From assembly GCA_045631425.1 (NCBI GenBank), contig JAZQUR010000105.1, positions 13,917 to 77,916 on the forward strand: 64,000 bases of DNA, read 5' to 3'. Source of the DNA: Treponemataceae bacterium. GTDB lineage: Bacteria > Spirochaetota > Spirochaetia > Treponematales > Treponemataceae. A program made the position numbers and the translations under genes. Below the pieces are notes generated by a model. It ran no database searches and was not told where the DNA came from. It saw only the letters and a program-made list of their open reading frames with translations. Positions 58,572 to 64,000 of the stretch are shown here, piece after piece; position 1 is the first letter of the stretch; every line of letters starts with the position of its first letter.

Positions 58572-58675
58572 AATTTTAAAATCAAGTGGAAACAAGATCA
58601 TTGAACGAAATCGAAACCTGTTTATATTACAAATGTACCTTGCTTAAAATACTGCTATCCCATATAGTCAGAGTT

Positions 58676-60055
58676 ATGAAATCAGAAGAAAACCTATTAT
58701 CCAATACAAACACAAAAACCGAAGCAAAAACCTTTTACAAATCTCTTTTTAAAATTGTAGCCCCAATCGCAATTCAAAACTTTATCACCTGTGCTGTAAA
58801 CTCTGTAGACGTTTTTATGCTAGGGCTAGTTTCCCAAACTGCTATTGCTTCTGTTTCTTTGGCAAGCCGAGTTCAATTTTTGTTGGCAATGTTTTTTACA
58901 GGACTTTCCTCTGGCCTAATAATGCTCACTGCCCAATACTGGGGCAAAAAAGACGCAAAATCAATTCGCACATTAATGGGAATTGCCTTACGAATATCTA
59001 GCGTAGCTGGAATTATTTTCTTCTTATTAACCTTCTTTTTCTCCCGTCAATTAATGCTAATTTTCACAGACGACATTAATTTGATTGAAAACGGAGCTTT
59101 ATATCTAAAAACCGTTAGTATTTCCTATTTTTGTCTTTCTATTTCCCAAGTTTTTCAGGCTTTATTAAAAAGTCTTGAACACGTAAAAACCGTAACTTGC
59201 ATCACCTTTTTGGCTTTAGGCTTAAACATCATTTTAAATGCAACTTTTATCTTCGGACTTTTCGGCGCTCCAAAATTGGGACTTTTCGGAGTTGCCCTTG
59301 CCACAACCATTGCAAGAATCATAGAAGTAATAATAAGTATACTTTTTGCAAGAAGAATAAAAGAAGTAAAACTTTCCCTTTCTGCAATTTTCTGCAAAAA
59401 CAAACTTCTAACAACAGATTTTATAAAATATTCACTACCAGCCATTGGAAACGAATTTGTTTGGGGTGCAGCTTGGGCTTCTTATTCAATAATTCTAGGA
59501 CACATGGGAGAAGAAATAGTTGCAGCAAACTCAGTCATTTCCACAGTTAGAGATTTAACAAGCGTTTTATTCTTTGGAATGGCATACGGTGGAGCAATTT
59601 TACTTGGAAAACAAATTGGAGAGGGAGATTTATCTCTTGTAAAAAGAAATGCCAGTCGATTAGTAAAATCCACAACTTTAGTGGGCGTAATAAGTGCTTG
59701 TATTTTGTTTTGCCTAAAACCAGTTTTGCCACTTGTTGCAGAATTAAGCCCCCTTGCTGCAAGTTATCGAGATTCCCTTTTATTGATAAACTGTTTTTCT
59801 TCAGTTGGAGCCGCCATAAATACCGTATTAATCTGTGGAGTTTTCCGCGCAGGAGGAGATGCCCGATATGGCTTAGTAGTTGATGGCATAATTATGTGGT
59901 GTGTTTCCGTTCCATTAGGATTTTTAGCCGCCTTCTTATTCAAATTACCCCCAGTTTGGGTTTATTTTATCCTTTACCTAGACGAACTAGAAAAAATGCC
60001 CCTTGTAATCAGACACTACAAAAAAGGAACTTGGCTTAAAAACATTACAAGATAA
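58676..60055 (+). CDS. MATE family efflux transporter
   Basis: 12-TM pattern with a MATE-type N-terminus (FKIVAPIAIQNF). Start set at MKSEEN. Confidence 0.85.
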   Translation: MKSEENLLSNTNTKTEAKTFYKSLFKIVAPIAIQNFITCAVNSVDVFMLGLVSQTAIASVSLASRVQFLLAMFFTGLSSGLIMLTAQYWGKKDAKSIRTLMGIALRISSVAGIIFFLLTFFFSRQLMLIFTDDINLIENGALYLKTVSISYFCLSISQVFQALLKSLEHVKTVTCITFLALGLNIILNATFIFGLFGAPKLGLFGVALATTIARIIEVIISILFARRIKEVKLSLSAIFCKNKLLTTDFIKYSLPAIGNEFVWGAAWASYSIILGHMGEEIVAANSVISTVRDLTSVLFFGMAYGGAILLGKQIGEGDLSLVKRNASRLVKSTTLVGVISACILFCLKPVLPLVAELSPLAASYRDSLLLINCFSSVGAAINTVLICGVFRAGGDARYGLVVDGIIMWCVSVPLGFLAAFLFKLPPVWVYFILYLDELEKMPLVIRHYKKGTWLKNITR

Positions 60056-60142
60056 TTCTTTGGAGGGAGAAGTCTCTCCCTGGCTCACACTTCGTTGTTC
60101 GCCACCCTCTCTAGCGGGTGACACCCCCGCAACGCCCCCAGG

Positions 60143-60188
60143 ACAAAAAAAAGAACTTGAGTTCATTTACAAAACCCAAGTTCTTTTA
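60143..60188 (+). terminator. Rho-independent terminator after the MATE gene
   Basis: Stem AAGAACTTG / CAAGTTCTT with a T-run; preceded by A8. Confidence 0.6.
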
Positions 60189-60275
60189 TCAAATCATAGT
60201 GATGCCCGATTATAGCTAAACGAGAATTTTCTAAAGAAAATTCTCGTAGACTAAAAAAATACAGGATGAATTTTT

Positions 60276-61325
60276 TTAGTCTCTAAAACTGGGACGCACA
60301 ACACGGAACCCAAGGTAGCTGCCGCGGCCATACGGGTCGTTGAGGTTACGGTAAGAAACCGACGCGTCGTAAGCGTAGCCATACCAAAGACCACCGCGGC
60401 GAACGCGGCAACTACCCATACCAAACGTCGGGTCAGTTGGGTCAGTTTCTTCACCTGTGCTTACTGTTCCATACCAGTCATAACACCACTCATATACATT
60501 TCCGCTCATATCGTAGATTCCAAGTCTATTTGCTGCTTTTTTTCCTACCTCATGTGTACCTTTTCCTGACACATCACTTGTTACATCACTGTCTCCTGTT
60601 ATACCTGTAATATTATTGTAACAATACCAACCTACACTGTCTAAACCAGAGTTATCTGATAAACTATATGATGTATCTGTCGCTGTATCTGCACCACTAA
60701 ATGTATAATTCCAATCTGGTTGAGTTGGGTCGCCGCCTCTTGCTGCATATTCCCATTCTGCTTCTGTTGGTAAACGATAACCTGTTGCATTTGCGTTTAA
60801 TGTTACAGTTGCTCCATATATGTAATATCCAGTTTTTCCACTTGCTTGTTTTACTTCTGTTACTTCAATGTTGTATGCAGGTGTTAATCCTTCTTTTATA
60901 CTTAATGCATTACAGTACCATACTGCATCATACCAAGTTACTCCTTCTACAGGACGTTTTTCCTGTTTTTCACCTTCAAACAATGTGTAGTCTGTACTGT
61001 CTTTTGTACAATAATTTGGATTAGATTCTAATTCGTATTCTTTTCCATCAACAGTTACCTTTTGTCCAGCCATTACTCTTGCGTATTCTTCTTGGGTTAC
61101 TTCGTATTTACCCATGTAAAAATCGCTTAATGTTACAGTTCGACCTTCTACAAATACGCCTTCGTAATTATTTGTGTTTGCAGCGCCTTCTATTGTACCA
61201 CCTTTTACTTCTACCATTTCTGGTACTAAAATTTGTTCATGTGGTGGTACTGTTTCTTTTACATAACCACATAAAATTATACTTGAAACAACTAAAATCA
61301 TTGCAATCCATTTTGCTTTTTTCAT
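60276..61325 (-). CDS. Formylglycine-generating enzyme (SUMF1/FGE) family lipoprotein
   Basis: Signal/lipobox (SSIILCG). GYRLPTEAEWEYAARGG, NVYEWCYDWY, RGG.W and LGFRVVR motifs. Confidence 0.85.
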   Translation of the reverse strand: MKKAKWIAMILVVSSIILCGYVKETVPPHEQILVPEMVEVKGGTIEGAANTNNYEGVFVEGRTVTLSDFYMGKYEVTQEEYARVMAGQKVTVDGKEYELESNPNYCTKDSTDYTLFEGEKQEKRPVEGVTWYDAVWYCNALSIKEGLTPAYNIEVTEVKQASGKTGYYIYGATVTLNANATGYRLPTEAEWEYAARGGDPTQPDWNYTFSGADTATDTSYSLSDNSGLDSVGWYCYNNITGITGDSDVTSDVSGKGTHEVGKKAANRLGIYDMSGNVYEWCYDWYGTVSTGEETDPTDPTFGMGSCRVRRGGLWYGYAYDASVSYRNLNDPYGRGSYLGFRVVRPSFRD

Positions 61326-61746
61326 TTTTCCTCCATCTTTTGAAAAATCAAATTCATTTTTAAGTTTTATTTTCGAAAACTATTTTACGGTCTTTTTCTA
61401 TAATTAGAATACAAACCAAATTCAAATTTTAAAAACAAAAAACTAGTATCTTCCCCCAAAGTTTTTCCACTACGGATAAAATACTGGCTTTATTTTGTTT
61501 ATATCAAAAATCGACAATTATCGCTTGAGTTTCTGAGTTTATTTCTGTGCATTTTATTTGTCATCATACTTTTAATACTTTAACACTGTTAATGTTATTT
61601 TTCAATTTTTTTTACAGTTCATCATAACGACTGTTCAATGAAAAAAACAGCCAGTAAAATATACAATTTTTTTTAAATTTTGAAAACTTTTTGTAATAGT
61701 AAATATGGAGAGATTTTCTACACATTTTACAAAAAAGGACTTTCAC

Positions 61747-62658
61747 ATGAATAACCGAAACTACAAAGACTCTGTCTTCGTTGACCTTTTCGCAAAAGAC
61801 ATTAATGCAAAAGAAAACTTCGTTTCCCTTTACAACGCCCTACATGGCACAAACCTTGATTTTCACACCACCAATGTCGAACCTGTTATGATAGAGCAAG
61901 TTCTCTATAAAAGTTTTTACAACGACATCGCCATGCTTATCGACAATAAAATCGTTATCCTTATCGAACACCAGTCTACAATTAATGAGAATATGCCTTT
62001 TCGAATTTTAGAGTACATCACTCGCATTTACGAGAAAATCACAAAAAGCAAAAACAAATTCGGTAGAAAACTGATTCAACTTCCAGTTCCAGAATTTTAT
62101 GTTTTTTACAATGGCAAAGAAGATTACCCAACTGAAAAAACACTAAAACTTTCAGATGCATTTCTTCCACCCGACGAAAAACACGGCAAAATACTAGATT
62201 TTCCACTTGAAATTACAGTAAAAGTTGTTAATATTAATGTTGATAAGGATAACGAAGTCTTAAAACGCTGTCAGGTTTTAGAGCAATACTCCGAATTTGT
62301 GAATCTTGTTAGATATTCTATTTCAACTGGAGTAGAAGATCCTTTTAAAGCAGCTATAGAAGCTGCAATTAAAACCCATGTTTTAAGCGATTACTTAGAA
62401 CGAAAAGCAACCGAGGTGCGAAACATGATATTAACAGAATACGACTACGACACAGATATTGCTGTACAAAGAGAAGAAGCCTACGAAGAGGGCTTAAACA
62501 AGGGAATTTCTCAGGGGATTAGTCAGGGAGCTGAACAAACAAAAATTGAAACTGCTAAAAATTTATTAAGTGAAAACTTACCTATTGAACAGGTTGCTCG
62601 TTGTATAGGACTTTCACTTGTAGAAGTTGAAAAACTTGCTGCTGAACTTTCAAAATAA
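61747..62658 (+). CDS. Rpn-family recombination-promoting nuclease / putative transposase (PD-(D/E)XK)
   Basis: YKDSVFVDLF, the IEHQS core, and a C-terminal GISQGISQGAEQ repeat followed by an HTH-like tail. Start set at MNNRNYKD. Confidence 0.75.
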   Translation: MNNRNYKDSVFVDLFAKDINAKENFVSLYNALHGTNLDFHTTNVEPVMIEQVLYKSFYNDIAMLIDNKIVILIEHQSTINENMPFRILEYITRIYEKITKSKNKFGRKLIQLPVPEFYVFYNGKEDYPTEKTLKLSDAFLPPDEKHGKILDFPLEITVKVVNINVDKDNEVLKRCQVLEQYSEFVNLVRYSISTGVEDPFKAAIEAAIKTHVLSDYLERKATEVRNMILTEYDYDTDIAVQREEAYEEGLNKGISQGISQGAEQTKIETAKNLLSENLPIEQVARCIGLSLVEVEKLAAELSK

Positions 62659-62670
62659 TAACTAACCACA

Positions 62671-62714
62671 AAATAGGTATTTAAGTTTAACACACTTAAA
62701 TACCTATTTTTTTT
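62671..62714 (+). terminator. Rho-independent terminator after the Rpn gene
   Basis: 16-bp stem AAATAGGTATTTAAGT / ACTTAAATACCTATTT followed by a T-run. Confidence 0.85.
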
Positions 62715-62906
62715 AGATTCTACAACATTTGATAAACTAAAAAAAGCTGAAAAAATGACAACATCATAATCAGATAAATTCAAAATCGTAATGGATAATT
62801 GGAGAAAAAAGCACTCTGATTGTTTTTTAACAGATGAACTGGTTTGAACAATAAATCCCTATTAAATACTTGAAAATCCACATAAATATCAGTATTCTTT
62901 ACAGTT

Positions 62907-64000
62907 ATGGAACAAATTAAGAGAACACATACTTGTGGTGATTTACGCAAGTGTGATGATGGAAAAACAGTTATATTAAATGGATGGGTTCACCGTATTC
63001 GTGAACATGGCGGTATCACTTTCTTAAACTTACGTGACCGCTACGGTATTACACAAGTAGTTGTAGACTCAGACTCATCTCAAGCTTTATTAGACACAGC
63101 AAAATCACTTCGCATGGAATTCTGTATTGCTGTTGAAGGTTTAGTAAGAGCACGTCCTGACTCAATGATAAACAAAGATATGGCAACTGGTGAAATCGAA
63201 CTTGTTGCAAAAGATATCGAAATCCTTTCAAAATCTGACGTTCTACCTTTTATGATTGATGAAGTTCAAAAAGATGGAACTCCAGTTATTCCAAACGAAG
63301 ACTTACGTCTAAAATATCGATATTTGGATTTGCGTACAGCAAAAATGCAACACAACATCATTTTAAGAAGTAAAGTTGCCTTTGCAACCCGAGAATATCT
63401 AACTGAAAAAGGTTTCTTGGAAATCGAAACACCAACTTTTATCAAATCAACTCCAGAAGGAGCACGTGACTACCTAGTACCAAGCCGCGTTCACCCAGGA
63501 ACATTCTACTCTTTGCCACAAAGTCCACAGCTTTACAAGCAAATTCTAATGGTTTCTGGATTTGATAAATATTTCCAAATCGCTCGTTGTTATCGTGACG
63601 AAGATGCTCGTGGAGACCGCCAACCAGAGTTTACACAAATTGATATGGAGCTTTCTTTCACAGATCGTGAAGAAGTTCTTTCTGTTACAGAAGGAATGAT
63701 GCAACACATCTTCAAGAAAACTCTAAATTATGATTTACCTGCAAAATTCGACAGACTTTCATGGACAGACGCTTTCGATTTTTACGGTTCAGACAAACCA
63801 GACCTACGTTTTGACCTAAAAATGCAAGATGCAGCTTTTATGGCTGATTTATCTGACTTTGTTGCTTTCAAAGCTGGTGCTGCAAATGCTGACCCAACTT
63901 TACCACGCCACAAACGCTCTGGATTAAAAGCTCTTGTTGTAAAAAATGTAGCTGACAAATATAGCCGCAAAATGATTGAAGCTCTTGAATCAAAAGCAAA
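62907..64000 (+). CDS. aspS: Aspartate--tRNA ligase (5' part; runs off the window end)
   Basis: MEQIKRTHTCGDLR..., GWVHRIREHGG.TFL.LRDRYG, LRYRYLDLR, FLEIETP, QSPQLYKQ and FQIARCYRDEDARGDRQPEFTQID motifs. Not in the ORF track because there is no stop in the window. Confidence 0.95.
   Translation, partial: MEQIKRTHTCGDLRKCDDGKTVILNGWVHRIREHGGITFLNLRDRYGITQVVVDSDSSQALLDTAKSLRMEFCIAVEGLVRARPDSMINKDMATGEIELVAKDIEILSKSDVLPFMIDEVQKDGTPVIPNEDLRLKYRYLDLRTAKMQHNIILRSKVAFATREYLTEKGFLEIETPTFIKSTPEGARDYLVPSRVHPGTFYSLPQSPQLYKQILMVSGFDKYFQIARCYRDEDARGDRQPEFTQIDMELSFTDREEVLSVTEGMMQHIFKKTLNYDLPAKFDRLSWTDAFDFYGSDKPDLRFDLKMQDAAFMADLSDFVAFKAGAANADPTLPRHKRSGLKALVVKNVADKYSRKMIEALESKA

Noticed and set aside
11932-58675. 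N-terminal extensions proposed by the ORF track (tkt 11932, purL 24876, glpA-like 41891, DTW 47835, acyl-CoA ligase 53892, zur 58601, MATE 58586, lrp 8604, Rpn 61705)
   Set aside because: In each case a downstream ATG has a better RBS or promoter and matches the conserved family N-terminus. For the DTW gene, the extension would also run through the pheT terminator.
60251-60454. 67-aa minus-strand ORF overlapping the 3' end of the FGE gene
   Set aside because: It is an alternative frame through the GC-rich tract where stops are depleted. The FGE frame carries clear family motifs.
1-64000. Scan for tRNA, rRNA, tmRNA, CRISPR arrays and prophage blocks
   Set aside because: No cloverleaf-like GTTCGAATC-type arms were seen outside coding regions. 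No rRNA-like conserved stretches, regularly spaced direct repeats, or runs of phage structural genes were seen. This was a by-eye scan only, so tRNAscan-SE, Infernal and a CRISPR finder should confirm it.

Overview
Low-GC chromosomal window with about 60 protein genes and no rRNA, tRNA or CRISPR array found by eye. Gene content (archaeal-type PheRS beta subunit, tandem TlyC/CorC-type proteins, an FGE-domain lipoprotein, two divergent PFKs, an Rpn nuclease) suggests a Treponema-like spirochaete; this is inference only. Most genes are housekeeping: a fused pyrK-pyrD, two pfk, tkt, a ROK glucokinase, purL, murA, pepT, recQ, glpK with a 3-gene FAD-oxidoreductase/DUF1667 set, pheT, aspS (cut by the window end), a Zur-type zinc-uptake operon, and several ABC/ECF/MATE transporters. 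The main hunt result is a nested mobile-element insertion at 19.2-21.5 kb. A KilA-N gene is cut 42 codons before its natural stop by a 73-bp hairpin repeat. That repeat is itself split by a 1378-bp IS110-family element. The element's 256-nt non-coding left end reads as a two-loop bridge RNA: the loop arms match the element's own target half-sites and its own termini. An uninterrupted copy of the repeat, carrying the identical predicted target, lies 2.7 kb away. Other observations: an unannotated 20-aa hydrophobic ORF with a strong SD and promoter ahead of a very AT-rich ABC module; a cluster of TTTTCCACA (DnaA-box-like) motifs between convergent genes; a probable leaderless purL; an omptin-family protease homologue with catalytic pairs conserved; tandem AIG1-like membrane paralogues; a triple EcfA-EcfA'-EcfT fusion with a GC-rich repeat linker; and an abrupt GC/codon-usage switch at the 3' end of the FGE gene. 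All coordinates were counted by hand and may be off by 1-2 nt. All family assignments come from motif recognition, not database searches.
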